Shown: piece after piece, positions 38,969-48,508 of the stretch
Layout of the letters: each line of letters opens with the position of its first letter
How positions within the stretch are numbered: position 1 is the first letter of the stretch
Translations under genes and position numbers: made by a program
The notes under the pieces: model-generated
Databases searched by the model: none
What the model saw: only the letters and a program-made list of their open reading frames with translations
What the model was told of the DNA's origin: nothing
Assembly (NCBI GenBank): GCA_019244185.1
Contig: JAFATB010000004.1
Coordinates: 1 to 60,238 of the forward strand
Direction: 5' to 3'
Length of the DNA stretch: 60,238 nt
DNA from: Acidobacteriota bacterium
GTDB taxonomy: Bacteria > Acidobacteriota > Thermoanaerobaculia > Gp7-AA8

Positions 38969-39577
38969 GTGGCGAAGTCAGCGAAGGTCTCTCCTTCTTC
39001 CACTCCGGCAGGCGAGCAGCTCATCCTCGTCTCCACCAATCCCAACAAAGGCATCGAAGCGGAGCGCATCCTCGGCGTCCCGCTGCTCCGCGTCTCCATC
39101 GCGCTGCCCGAGATCCAGGCCGCGACCGTCGAAGACGTGACGCGCTACAAGCTCGAGGTCGCGAAGACGAAAGGCTACAAGCGCCTCGTCGTCGAAGACG
39201 TCGCCCTCGGCTTCGACGAGCTCGGACACTTTCCCGGCGTCTACGTGCGCTGGCTGCTCGAAGCCGCCGGCGGCAAAGGGCTCGCGGCGATCGCATACGC
39301 GCTCAACAACCGCTCCGCGCGCGCGCAGTGCTGCGTCGGCTACTGGGACGGGAGCGAGGTGAAGCTCTTCGTCGGCGAGACCACGGGCGAGATCCTCGTG
39401 CAGCCGCGCGGTGAACGGCACTTCGGCTGGGACGCGTGGTTCGTTCCCGAAGGCTCGAAGAAGACCTTCGCCGAGATGACGGCGGAAGAGAAAGACGCGG
39501 TCTCGCACCGCGGCCGCGCGTACCGGAAACTGGCCGAGCATCTGCGCGCGAGTGCCCCTTCCTCCGGACGAAGTTGA
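38969..39577 (+). CDS. rdgB: Non-canonical purine NTP pyrophosphatase (HAM1/RdgB)
   Basis: STNPNK, VED, FPGVY, FGWD, K..VSHRGRA. Confidence 0.9.
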   Translation: MAKSAKVSPSSTPAGEQLILVSTNPNKGIEAERILGVPLLRVSIALPEIQAATVEDVTRYKLEVAKTKGYKRLVVEDVALGFDELGHFPGVYVRWLLEAAGGKGLAAIAYALNNRSARAQCCVGYWDGSEVKLFVGETTGEILVQPRGERHFGWDAWFVPEGSKKTFAEMTAEEKDAVSHRGRAYRKLAEHLRASAPSSGRS

Positions 39578-39686
39578 CCGGATTCCGGACGGTCTCTGTT
39601 GCGGTTTCGACACCGCACTCAGCAAACAAACTTCCTAAGTCTCGCGTATTCAGTCATGTGCGCGGGCATGAGAACGCACGCGCCGC

Positions 39687-39702
39687 TGGCAGGCCGCTTG
39701 AA
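39687..39702 (+). promoter_or_regulatory. Putative sigma54 promoter (TTGA variant)
   Basis: TGGCAGGCCGCTTGAA, 28 nt before ATG 39731. Confidence 0.45.
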
Positions 39703-39730
39703 GTATTGGTTCCCGACGAAAGGACATGCT

Positions 39731-39913
39731 ATGTGGGTCTTCGACGGAGAAACTTGGACGCAGGACGACGGCAACGATTTCGCCGGTACCACGGCGGCCT
39801 CGAAGCCGGAGAAGCCGCGGCAGTGGGTGGACGAGTTCGTGCCTGAGCTTCAGGTGATCGAAATCGTGCAGGTTCCGCGGAACACACACGTGCCTCCGCT
39901 TCCTCTGCCGTAA
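39731..39913 (+). CDS. Small hypothetical protein (60 aa)
   Basis: SD GAAAGGA, MWVFDGETW..., followed by a terminator. Confidence 0.65.
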   Translation: MWVFDGETWTQDDGNDFAGTTAASKPEKPRQWVDEFVPELQVIEIVQVPRNTHVPPLPLP

Positions 39914-39940
39914 TCGCCAACCCCCTTCCGTTCGCTCGCT

Positions 39941-39974
39941 GCCGCACGCGCCAACGCGTGCGGCTTTTCTCTTT
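39941..39974 (+). terminator. Rho-independent terminator
   Basis: GCCGCACGCG-CCAA-CGCGTGCGGC-TTTTCTCTTT. Confidence 0.75.
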
Positions 39975-40765
39975 CAGGCGCCCGGAACCTGCCGCGCGAG
40001 AAACTCGCGCACGATCGGCTCGACCGCATCCGACGCGACGTTGAAGATGCGGTCCGCGTGGTAGTTCCCCTCGATGTCGAGCAAATGGAGCTCCTTCGGC
40101 TCGTGCGCGGCCTCGTACAGCGCGACCGAATGCCGGTGGCCGATCAGCCAGTCGTTCTTCACGTGGATGAAGCAGAGCGGCACGTGCACGTCCGCGACGT
40201 CGTCGAGCGCGCGGATCTTCGCCTTCCGCCGCATCAGCCATTCGAAGCGCGGCCGCCGCAGCGCCTGCGAGAACGCGATGTGACGATGGATCGTGAGCGG
40301 GTTGATGCGCGGCGCGATCATCTCGAAATCGGCGACCGCCGAGATGAGCAGCAGCGCGTTGATCGGCAGCTCGTGCCGCGCCGCGGTCGAGATCGCGATC
40401 GCGCCGCCGTACGAGAAGCCCGTCAGCGTCAGCGTGGAGATCGTGCCGTTGCGCAGCACCTCGCGCGCGACAGCCGCGACGTCGTGATGTTCGTGCAGGT
40501 TGAAGCCGTATGTACCGCCACTCTCGCCGTGGCCGCGCACGTCGACGACCACCGCGCGATGCCCCTCGGCATTGAGGAAGTGCGCGAGGCGGATCATCGA
40601 CTCGTGACGCCGGTCGCGCCAGAAGCCGGGCACCACGAGAACGGCGTTCGGCGACGGCGCGTCGTAGACGTCGTAGTGGATCGGCGTGCCGTCGAACGAC
40701 ACCGTTTGTGCGGTCGACGGAGCCACGTGGAGAACGGTTGGCGAGCCCTTCCGGCTTGACATCAT
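39974..40765 (-). CDS. Alpha/beta hydrolase; start uncertain
   Basis: PGF, DVRGHGES, GFSYG nucleophile elbow, candidate Asp (KNDW) and His (NYHA). Confidence 0.85.
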   Translation of the reverse strand: MMSSRKGSPTVLHVAPSTAQTVSFDGTPIHYDVYDAPSPNAVLVVPGFWRDRRHESMIRLAHFLNAEGHRAVVVDVRGHGESGGTYGFNLHEHHDVAAVAREVLRNGTISTLTLTGFSYGGAIAISTAARHELPINALLLISAVADFEMIAPRINPLTIHRHIAFSQALRRPRFEWLMRRKAKIRALDDVADVHVPLCFIHVKNDWLIGHRHSVALYEAAHEPKELHLLDIEGNYHADRIFNVASDAVEPIVREFLARQVPGA

Positions 40766-41005
40766 GCGGGCGGCCTCTATGATAGCGGTCGCGTGACGGC
40801 GCCCGTGCGCCTTCCGTGCCCCCGGTACGTCCCCAGTTTTCAACGTCTGCCAACTTCTTCGCGGCAACGCGAACCGTTTTTCAAATCAAACGCAAAGCGA
40901 GGTGAGGCGGGCACCCGGAAGCACCACTACTCTTCTCGAAGAAAAACAGTAATCCAGCATTCAGACCGATCACCGGTCTGAAAACAGTGAAGGAGAAAAC
41001 ACGCA

Positions 41006-41317
41006 ATGAAGAAGTCTCTCGTTCTGACCCTGATCGCGCTCCTCGTGGTGACGATCTTCGCCGTTTCCTGCAAGAAGGAAGAGGCGGCCTCTGACACGGC
41101 GTCGACCGACACGTCGATGACCACCAGCTCGACCGACACGATGGCCAGCGACACGATGGCGACCGACACGGCCGCCACCGGCACGACGGGCACGATGTCG
41201 AGCACCGACACCTCGGCCACCGGCGCGATGAGCACCGACACGACGGCGACGGGCATGACCGGCACGAGCGCCACGACGTCGACGACGGCCACGACCGCGA
41301 CGACGACCCACACCTAG
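41006..41317 (+). CDS. Thr/Ser-rich low-complexity lipoprotein 1
   Basis: SD GAAGGAG; signal peptide II ending AVSC-KK; mature part nearly all T/S/A/D/M/G. Confidence 0.85.
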   Translation: MKKSLVLTLIALLVVTIFAVSCKKEEAASDTASTDTSMTTSSTDTMASDTMATDTAATGTTGTMSSTDTSATGAMSTDTTATGMTGTSATTSTTATTATTTHT

Positions 41318-41342
41318 GATTCAACGCTTCACCAGCAGTACG

Positions 41343-41373
41343 AACGCCCCGCTCCGGCGGGGCGTTTTGTTTT
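41343..41373 (+). terminator. Rho-independent terminator
   Basis: AACGCCCCGC-TCCG-GCGGGGCGTT-TTGTTTT. Confidence 0.85.
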
Positions 41374-41379
41374 CCGCTC

Positions 41380-41395
41380 TGGCACTGGTGTTGCT
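41380..41395 (+). promoter_or_regulatory. Sigma54 (-24/-12) promoter for lipoprotein 2
   Basis: TGGCAC-TGGTG-TTGCT matches the TGGCAC-N5-TTGCW consensus. Confidence 0.75.
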
Positions 41396-41585
41396 CCCCT
41401 CCACGCGGGTCTGTCTCCGCGCGCTGCCGCGGCGACAACATGCCCCCGATCACGCAACGAACGGTTTCCCCCGAGGGGGATGGTTTGTCAAACGCCACGG
41501 CAAGGAGGTGAGCGCAGGCACCCAGAGCGACACTTTCGCACTGAACGAAAATCGAACGAACATCTCACGCAAGAGAGGAAAAGGA

Positions 41586-41918
41586 ATGACTAAGAAACTC
41601 CTGATGCTGCTCGCGGCCCTGACGCTCGTCGTCGGTATGACCGCCTGCAAGAAGAATGATGAAGCGACGGCGACGGACACGTCCGCCACGACCGATACGT
41701 CGATGACCACCAGCTCCACGGAAACGATGGGCGGCGGCGCGGCGACCGACACGACGATGACCACCAGCACCGACACGATGGCCACCGACACGACCGGCAC
41801 CGGCACGACCACCGATACGTCCGGCACGGGCGGCGCGATGGGCACGAGCGGCACGACGGGCACCGGTACGACCAGCACGTCGAGCACCTCGGGCACCGCC
41901 AGCACGACCACGACCTAG
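41586..41918 (+). CDS. Thr/Ser/Gly-rich low-complexity lipoprotein 2 (paralog of lipoprotein 1)
   Basis: Signal peptide II ending MTAC-KK; shares TDTSMTTSST(D/E)TM with lipoprotein 1. Confidence 0.85.
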   Translation: MTKKLLMLLAALTLVVGMTACKKNDEATATDTSATTDTSMTTSSTETMGGGAATDTTMTTSTDTMATDTTGTGTTTDTSGTGGAMGTSGTTGTGTTSTSSTSGTASTTTT

Positions 41919-42580
41919 TCGCGCGTCGATTCGTTCTTTGACGGCCCCGGACGCGAGTCCGGGGCTTTTGTTTTCTCGCGCAGCTCCGCGACCAGCGCGT
42001 CGTACACGCCACGCGTCGCGCGTTCGAGTGCGGCCGCGTCACCACCGTTGTCGATGACGTAGTCGGCGTGACGCGCGCGTTCTTCCCGCGGCATCTGATG
42101 CGCGATCCGCCGCGCGACTTCCTCGCGCGACAAGCCGCGCGCGACGCCGCGCTCGAGCTGCACGTCGACCGGCACGTCGACGACCACGATGCGGTCGTAG
42201 CGCGCGCGTCCGCCCGCTTCGAGGAGCAGCGTGGCTTCGACGATCGCGACGTTGTCGCCGTGCGTGCGCTCGTAGTCGTCGAGCAACTGCGCGGTCTCGC
42301 GCAACACGATCGGATGAATGAGCGCGTTGAGCTTGCGCGCGTCGTCGGGCGTCGCGAACGCGGCGTTCGCGAGCGCGACGCGATCGATGGTCTCATCGTC
42401 GCGCACGATCGCACCGCCGTACGTTGCGACGAGCGCCGCGTGTCCCGCGCGTCCCGGCTGGTAGAGCTGCGCGACCAGTTCGTCGGCGTCGATGGTGAAG
42501 CAGCCGAACGACGCGAAGAGCCGCCGCACGGTGGACTTACCCGACGCGATCCCGCCGGTCAGTCCCACGCGCAGAATCAC
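41915..42580 (-). CDS. coaE: Dephospho-CoA kinase
   Basis: [30 protein letters not shown]; GTGA overlap with folD. Confidence 0.95.
   Translation of the reverse strand: MILRVGLTGGIASGKSTVRRLFASFGCFTIDADELVAQLYQPGRAGHAALVATYGGAIVRDDETIDRVALANAAFATPDDARKLNALIHPIVLRETAQLLDDYERTHGDNVAIVEATLLLEAGGRARYDRIVVVDVPVDVQLERGVARGLSREEVARRIAHQMPREERARHADYVIDNGGDAAALERATRGVYDALVAELREKTKAPDSRPGPSKNESTRD
41944..41975 (+). terminator. Rho-independent terminator (inside the coaE 3' end)
   Basis: GCCCCGGAC-GCGA-GTCCGGGGC-TTTTGTTTT. Confidence 0.8.
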
Positions 42581-43491
42581 CCGCGCCTCCGCATCGCCGC
42601 CTCGACCGTGTTGTGCATCAGCATCGCGATCGTCATCGGTCCGACGCCGCGCGGCACGGGCGTAATCCACGCGGCGCGCTCGCGGACGCGTGCAAAGTCG
42701 ACGTCGCCTACGAGCACCGAGCCGTTCTTCGCGAGCAGTTGCGATTTGCCGGCGTCGTGCGCGAGGCGCGGCGCGAAGCCGGCTTCGACGCGATTCATGC
42801 CGACGTCAATCACGATCGCGCCCGGTTTCACGAAGTCGTCCGTGACGAAGAGCGGCTGTCCGATCGCCGCGACGAGGATGTCCGCTTCGCGTGCGACCGC
42901 GGCGAGATCGCGCGTGCGCGAATGGCAGATCGTCACCGTCGCGCTGGCGTTCAGCAGCAGCGCCGCCATCGGCTTTCCGACGATGTTGCTGCGGCCGATG
43001 ATCACGGCGTGCTTGCCTTCGATCGCCTCGCCGGTCGCGGCGATGAGGCGCATGACGCCGGCGGGCGTGCACGGGACGAGCGCGCGCCGGCCGAGGTGCA
43101 GAAGACCGACGTTGATCGGATGAAACCCGTCGACGTCCTTGCGCGGATCGATTGCATCGATCACCTTCTGCGCGTCGATGCGGCGCGGCAGCGGCAGTTG
43201 GACGAGGATGCCGTCGACCGCATCGTCTTCATTGAGGCTTGCCACCACATCGAGCAGCTCCGCTTCCGACAACGTGTCGGGAAAGATCCGCTCGATGCCG
43301 TCGATGCCGAGCTCGCGCGCTTTCTTCGCTTTGCTGCGGACGTAGATCTCCGACGCGGGATCGTTGCCGACGCACACGACCGCGAGGCCGAGGCGGAACG
43401 GCAGGCGCGCGCTGGCCGCGGCGACCTCCGCCTCGACCTCCTGCGCGACGACGGTGCCGTCGAGGATGCGCGCGGCTTGCGGCTCGTTCAC
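42577..43491 (-). CDS. folD: Methylene-THF dehydrogenase/cyclohydrolase
   Basis: [46 protein letters not shown]. Confidence 0.97.
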   Translation of the reverse strand: MNEPQAARILDGTVVAQEVEAEVAAASARLPFRLGLAVVCVGNDPASEIYVRSKAKKARELGIDGIERIFPDTLSEAELLDVVASLNEDDAVDGILVQLPLPRRIDAQKVIDAIDPRKDVDGFHPINVGLLHLGRRALVPCTPAGVMRLIAATGEAIEGKHAVIIGRSNIVGKPMAALLLNASATVTICHSRTRDLAAVAREADILVAAIGQPLFVTDDFVKPGAIVIDVGMNRVEAGFAPRLAHDAGKSQLLAKNGSVLVGDVDFARVRERAAWITPVPRGVGPMTIAMLMHNTVEAAMRRRG

Positions 43492-43563
43492 GGCGGCGCG
43501 TTGTACCACATCGGCGCACCCTTGCAGGCGCACCTCCTGCTATGATTCATTATGGAGGTAAGT

Positions 43564-43926
43564 ATGGCTACAAAGAAGAGCGCGTCGAAGCAGGCCGGTT
43601 CCCGCCGCACCGATCCGGCTGAAGTGAAGTGCGGCAAGTGGGAAGCGATTCACGACTTTCAACCGCCGGGACCCGCGAGGCTGCGCGTGACGGGCGTCTG
43701 CCGCACGCCGACGCCCGGCTGGCGCATCCGTCTCGAAGAAGCGGAACCGCAAGGCATCAATCCGCTGAACCTGATCCTGATCAAGATCGTGACGCCGCCG
43801 AAGCGTCCGAAGCTGCAGATCGGGACGATGGTCGACGTGCGGTTCACGAAGCGCACGAAGACGCGCTACACGAGCGTGACGATCATGCCCGACGGCAAAA
43901 CGATCAAAGTCCAAGACGTAGAGTGA
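43564..43926 (+). CDS. Hypothetical protein
   Basis: SD GGAGGT; W.A.HDFQPPGP..LRVTG and PQGINP pattern; host-like codon usage. Confidence 0.7.
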   Translation: MATKKSASKQAGSRRTDPAEVKCGKWEAIHDFQPPGPARLRVTGVCRTPTPGWRIRLEEAEPQGINPLNLILIKIVTPPKRPKLQIGTMVDVRFTKRTKTRYTSVTIMPDGKTIKVQDVE

Positions 43927-43953
43927 GGCCGGCCCGGCCCGCTGCGGCCGGCC

Positions 43954-44140
43954 CGGCCGGCTGCGCTAAGGGCCTAGCCAGTTGCACGTACGGCTGCCGC
44001 GCGAGGTCAGGTGCGGCAGCCTGCACGCTTTTCCTTGCCCTTTCGTTGAAGCGCACCTCCAGCCCGCGTGCCTCCGCGCCAAGCGATCTCGCGCTGCAGC
44101 CGCACGTGCAGCTAGGCTATGCCCTTAGCGTAGCCGGCCG
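43954..44140. repeat. Long intergenic palindrome, copy 2 of the repeat family
   Basis: Arms 43954-43997 and 44096-44140 homologous to copy 1; different interior of about 98 nt. Confidence 0.85.
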
Positions 44141-44294
44141 CGCGGCCGGGAATGAGGGGTTGACCGGGTCTGTTCGGCAGTGTTACCGTTTTGGCCCCTT
44201 TCCCCGCAGGGAAAGTGTGCGTTTTGTCTTTGAGTGATTGGCGGCGTTTGCGGTCCACACCTGCGCCGCCTGTCCATCTGGTCGTGATCCGGTT

Positions 44295-44359
44295 GTTGTC
44301 TGTTGCCCGTTGTGCGTTCCCGAGCCCCGGCGGACGGCGGAAAACGGACAGCTGACAAC
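44295..44359. repeat. Degenerate inverted heptamer repeats in the rplM leader
   Basis: GTTGTCT GTTGCCC GTTGTGC ... CGGAAAA CGGACAG CTGACAAC. Confidence 0.5.
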
Positions 44360-44380
44360 TTTGAGGTTTCAGGGAGAGTC

Positions 44381-44815
44381 ATGCGTACCTATTTTCCCAA
44401 GAAGGGCGACATCGAACCGCGCTGGTTCGTGATCGACGCCGAAGGACAGGTCCTCGGTCGTCTGTCGACCACCATTGCCAACATCATCTCCGGCAAAGCG
44501 AAGCCGACGTACACGCCGTTCCTCGACACCGGGGATCACGTCATCGTCATCAACGCCGAGAAGATCCGTCTCACCGGACGGAAAGAGACGGACAAGATCT
44601 ATCGCCGTCACACCCTGTATCCGGGTGGTCTCAAGGAGCGCGCCGCGCGCTTCGTCCGTGCCGAAAAGCCGGAAGCGATGATCGAGGAAGCGGTCTGGGG
44701 CATGCTGCCGAAGAACAAGATCGGCAGAAAGATGCTGAAGAAACTGAAGGTGTATCGCGGATCGGATCATCCGCATCAGGCGCAGCAGCCTGAGGCGCTG
44801 ACGCTCGGCGAGTAA
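44381..44815 (+). CDS. rplM: 50S ribosomal protein L13
   Basis: [35 protein letters not shown]. Confidence 0.98.
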   Translation: MRTYFPKKGDIEPRWFVIDAEGQVLGRLSTTIANIISGKAKPTYTPFLDTGDHVIVINAEKIRLTGRKETDKIYRRHTLYPGGLKERAARFVRAEKPEAMIEEAVWGMLPKNKIGRKMLKKLKVYRGSDHPHQAQQPEALTLGE

Positions 44816-44829
44816 ACAGGAGGATTCCC

Positions 44830-45222
44830 TTGGCTTTGGTCGAATACTACGGAACGGGACGACGGAAGACGTCGACGGCGCGCGTGCACATTCGTCCGGG
44901 ATCGGGCGCGATCACGGTCAACCGCCGCTCGCTGGACAACTACTTCGGCAACGAAGTGCTGAAGATGATCATCAAGCAGCCGCTCTCGCTGACCGAGACG
45001 GGCGACAAGTTCGACATCGTCGTCACGGTCGACGGCGGCGGCCCGAGCGGCCAGGCCGGCGCGATCCGCCACGGCATCTCGCGCGCGCTGCAGGTCTACA
45101 ACAGCGAGCTGCGCAAGCGGCTCAAGAAGGCCGGTCTTCTCACCCGCGACCCGCGGATGAAGGAGCGCAAGAAGTACGGACAGAAGGGCGCCCGCGCCCG
45201 CTTCCAGTTCTCCAAGCGCTAG
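44830..45222 (+). CDS. rpsI: 30S ribosomal protein S9
   Basis: [25 protein letters not shown]. Confidence 0.98.
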   Translation: MALVEYYGTGRRKTSTARVHIRPGSGAITVNRRSLDNYFGNEVLKMIIKQPLSLTETGDKFDIVVTVDGGGPSGQAGAIRHGISRALQVYNSELRKRLKKAGLLTRDPRMKERKKYGQKGARARFQFSKR

Positions 45223-45343
45223 TCCCGATGCTCCGGTTTCTCTAAATGTTGCGTGTCACCGGCAGGAGCGGCATCACCGCTCCTGTCTTTGTTTTTCAGG
45301 GTGTTTTTCATTTCTCAATTTGACGATTGGAAGGAGGGTTCAC

Positions 45344-46135
45344 TTGGCAGTCTCTATTACGATGAAAGAGCTTTTGGAAGCTGGCGTGCACTTCGGTCAT
45401 CAGACCAAGCGCTGGAATCCCAAGATGAAGAAATACATCTTCGGGAAGCGCAACGGGATCTACATCATTGACCTGCAGAAGACGCTCAAGCTCTTCAAGG
45501 AAGCTTCCGGTTTCATCTCGGACCTCGCGTCCGGGGGCAAGCGCATCCTGTTCGTCGGCACCAAACGCCAGGCACAGGACGCGATTCTCGAAGAAGCCAA
45601 CCGCTGCGGCATGTTCTACGTGAACAACCGCTGGCTCGGTGGCACGCTCACGAACTTCTCGACCGTCCGCAAGTCGATCGAACGTCTCAAAGAGATCGAG
45701 TCGATCCTTGCCGACACCGACAAGGAGATGTCGAAGAAGGAGCGGGCCGCGCTCGACCGCGAGCGTGAGAAGCTGCAGAAGAACTTGATCGGAATCCGCG
45801 AGATGGATGGCCTTCCGGATGCGCTCTTCGTGATCGATCCGAAGAAGGAGTACATCGCGGTCAAGGAAGCGAAGAAGCTGAACATCCCCGTCGTCGCGAT
45901 CGTCGACACGAACTGCGATCCGGAAGACATCGACTACGTCATTCCGGGCAACGACGACGCGATCCGCGCGATCCGTCTGTTCACGCAGAAGATCGCCGAC
46001 GCCGTCCTCGAGGGCTACAACCTCGCCGAGGAGCGTTTCATCGGCGTCGAGGACAAAGGGGAAGGTCGCGCGTCCGGCGATGTGATGCCGGCGGAAGCCG
46101 CTTCCGAACCGATGCAGGCCGCTCCGGCGGTCTGA
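45344..46135 (+). CDS. rpsB: 30S ribosomal protein S2
   Basis: SD AAGGAGG with TTG start; [29 protein letters not shown]. Confidence 0.98.
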   Translation: MAVSITMKELLEAGVHFGHQTKRWNPKMKKYIFGKRNGIYIIDLQKTLKLFKEASGFISDLASGGKRILFVGTKRQAQDAILEEANRCGMFYVNNRWLGGTLTNFSTVRKSIERLKEIESILADTDKEMSKKERAALDREREKLQKNLIGIREMDGLPDALFVIDPKKEYIAVKEAKKLNIPVVAIVDTNCDPEDIDYVIPGNDDAIRAIRLFTQKIADAVLEGYNLAEERFIGVEDKGEGRASGDVMPAEAASEPMQAAPAV

Positions 46136-46216
46136 TCTCCCACCGACTTTCCTTCGAGTGGAGCGGCGGGCGATCGGCCCGCCGGCTCCACTTCTGTTTT
46201 TGATGAGGGGTGTGAC

Positions 46217-47128
46217 ATGACTCAGATTACGGCAGCGATGGTCAAAGAGCTGCGCGACGCCACGGGCGCCGGAATGATGGACGCGAAGAATGCGCTCACC
46301 GAGGCCCAGGGCAACATGGAGGAGGCAGTCAAGGTCCTCCGCAAGAAAGGTCTCGCCGCGGCGGGCAAGAAAGCCGGACGCGTGACGGCCGAAGGCACGA
46401 TCGTCGCGCACGTCGACGGCCGCACCGGCGTGCTCGTGGAAGTGAACTGCGAGACCGACTTCGTCGGCCGCAACGAGCACTTCCGCGGCTTCGCCGAGCA
46501 GGTCGCGGGCGTGATCGCGCAGAGCAAGGCCAACAGCGTCGAGGAGCTCCTCGCCGAGAAGTGGCCGGGCACGGACGAGCCGGTGAGCCAGAAGGTCGCC
46601 GAACAGATCGCGTCGATCAAGGAGAACATCTCCGTCCGCCGCTTCGCGCGCTACAACGCGCCGGAGGGTGCTGTGATCGGCTCGTACATCCACGGCGGCG
46701 GCAAGATCGGCGTCATGGTCGAAGTCGTCGGCGGCGACGCGAACGCGACGGCGGAAGTGGCCAAGGACGTGGCGATGCACGTCGCCGCGGCCGAGCCGCG
46801 TTTCCTTCGCCGTGAGGATGTCACGCAGAAGGACCTCGACACCGAGAAAGAGATCGCGCGCGACGCCGCGCTCAAGTCCGGCAAGCCGGAAGCCATCGTC
46901 GAGAAGATGGTCAGCGGCAAGATGGAGAAGTTCTACGGCGAGGCCTGCCTGCTCGAGCAGCCGTATATCCGCGACGACAAGGCCACGGTCAGCCAGTACC
47001 TCGCGCGCCGCGGCAAGGATTCGGGCTGCGAGTACGTCGTGACGCGCTTCACGCGCTACAAGCTCGGCGAAGGCATCGAGAAGCGTTCCGAGGATTTCGC
47101 CGCGGAAGTCGCGTCGTACATGAAGTAA
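46217..47128 (+). CDS. tsf: Elongation factor Ts
   Basis: VKELRDATGAGMMDAK, EVNCETDFV. Confidence 0.98.
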   Translation: MTQITAAMVKELRDATGAGMMDAKNALTEAQGNMEEAVKVLRKKGLAAAGKKAGRVTAEGTIVAHVDGRTGVLVEVNCETDFVGRNEHFRGFAEQVAGVIAQSKANSVEELLAEKWPGTDEPVSQKVAEQIASIKENISVRRFARYNAPEGAVIGSYIHGGGKIGVMVEVVGGDANATAEVAKDVAMHVAAAEPRFLRREDVTQKDLDTEKEIARDAALKSGKPEAIVEKMVSGKMEKFYGEACLLEQPYIRDDKATVSQYLARRGKDSGCEYVVTRFTRYKLGEGIEKRSEDFAAEVASYMK

Positions 47129-47150
47129 CCATCACGAGATCGAAAACTGC

Positions 47151-47180
47151 GAAAACGGCGGGCGCGAGCCCGCCGTTTTC
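47151..47180 (+). terminator. Rho-independent terminator
   Basis: GAAAACGGCGGGC-GCGA-GCCCGCCGTTTTC. Confidence 0.8.
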
Positions 47181-47206
47181 TGTTGCATGGTATAAACCCG
47201 CCTCGC

Positions 47207-47938
47207 ATGCCGCAGCCCCACTACAAGCGCATTCTGCTCAAGCTCTCCGGCGAGGCGCTCATGGGCGGCCGCCGTACCGGCATCGACGCCGACGTGCTCG
47301 CCGCCATCGCTGACGAACTGGTCGAAGTCCACTCCCTCGGCGTGGAGATCGCCATCGTCATCGGCGGCGGCAACATCTTTCGCGGCGTGACCGCGGCGAC
47401 GGCGGGGATCGACCGCGTCGCCGGCGATCACATGGGCATGCTGGCGACGGTCATCAACGCCATTGCGCTGCAGGACGCGCTCGAACGGCGCAACATCCCG
47501 ACACGCGTGACGACGGCGATCACGATGTCCGAGGTCGCCGAGCCGTTCATCCGCCGCCGCGCGATCCGGCATCTCGAAAAGAAGCGCATCGTCATCTGCG
47601 CCGCCGGCACCGGCAATCCGTTCTTCACCACTGACTCCGCGGCGGCATTGCGCGCGGCGGAGCTCAAGTGCGACATCATCTTCAAGGCGACGAAGGTCGA
47701 CGGCATTTACACCGCCGATCCTGAAAAGGATCCGAACGCCGTCCGCCTGCCGCACGTCACGTATCAGCGCGTGCTCGCCGAACGCCTGCAGGTGATGGAC
47801 GCGGCCGCGATCGATCTCGCGCGCGGCAGCTCGATTCCGATCTATATTTTTTCTCTTCGCGAGAAAGGCAACATCCAACGCGCGCTGCTCGGCGAAGACG
47901 TCGGCTCGATTGTCTCCGACGATCTCCCGGGCGCCTGA
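47207..47938 (+). CDS. pyrH: UMP kinase
   Basis: LLKLSGEAL, GGGNIFRG, GMLATVIN, NPFFTTD. Confidence 0.98.
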   Translation: MPQPHYKRILLKLSGEALMGGRRTGIDADVLAAIADELVEVHSLGVEIAIVIGGGNIFRGVTAATAGIDRVAGDHMGMLATVINAIALQDALERRNIPTRVTTAITMSEVAEPFIRRRAIRHLEKKRIVICAAGTGNPFFTTDSAAALRAAELKCDIIFKATKVDGIYTADPEKDPNAVRLPHVTYQRVLAERLQVMDAAAIDLARGSSIPIYIFSLREKGNIQRALLGEDVGSIVSDDLPGA

Positions 47939-47947
47939 GGTTGAGCC

Positions 47948-48508
47948 ATGGCCATCAATGATGTGACGAAAGACGTGCAGCACCGCATGCATGGCGCGCT
48001 CGAAGCGCTGCAACGCGAATTCAAGACACTCCGCACCGGACGCGCAAACGCGGCGATGCTCGACAGCATCGTGGTCGACTACTACGGCACCCCCACACCG
48101 CTCGCGCAGGCCGCGAGCATCAAAGTCCCCGAGCCCGCGCTGCTCGTCGTCGAGCCGTGGGACAAGTCGATGGTGAATCCGATCGAGAAAGCGATCCGCA
48201 CCTCCGATCTCGGATTCAACCCCGCGTCCGACGGCAAAGTCATCCGTGTGCCGATCCCGGTGCTCACCGAGGAGCGGCGCAAGGATCTCGTCAAGAAGGC
48301 GCACGGGATGGCCGAGGAGGCGCGCACCGCGATTCGCCAAGTGCGCCGCGACGGCAACGAAAAGCTCAAGAAGATGCTCAAGGGCCACGAGATCTCGGAA
48401 GACGAGGAGAAGCGCGCCCTCGACGAGATCCAGAAGATGACCGACAAGCACATCGACGAAGTGGCCGCGGTCCTGAAGCACAAAGAGCAGGACATCATGG
48501 CGGTGTGA
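47948..48508 (+). CDS. frr: Ribosome recycling factor
   Basis: LRTGRAN, YYG..PL, LTEERRKDLVK. Confidence 0.98.
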   Translation: MAINDVTKDVQHRMHGALEALQREFKTLRTGRANAAMLDSIVVDYYGTPTPLAQAASIKVPEPALLVVEPWDKSMVNPIEKAIRTSDLGFNPASDGKVIRVPIPVLTEERRKDLVKKAHGMAEEARTAIRQVRRDGNEKLKKMLKGHEISEDEEKRALDEIQKMTDKHIDEVAAVLKHKEQDIMAV

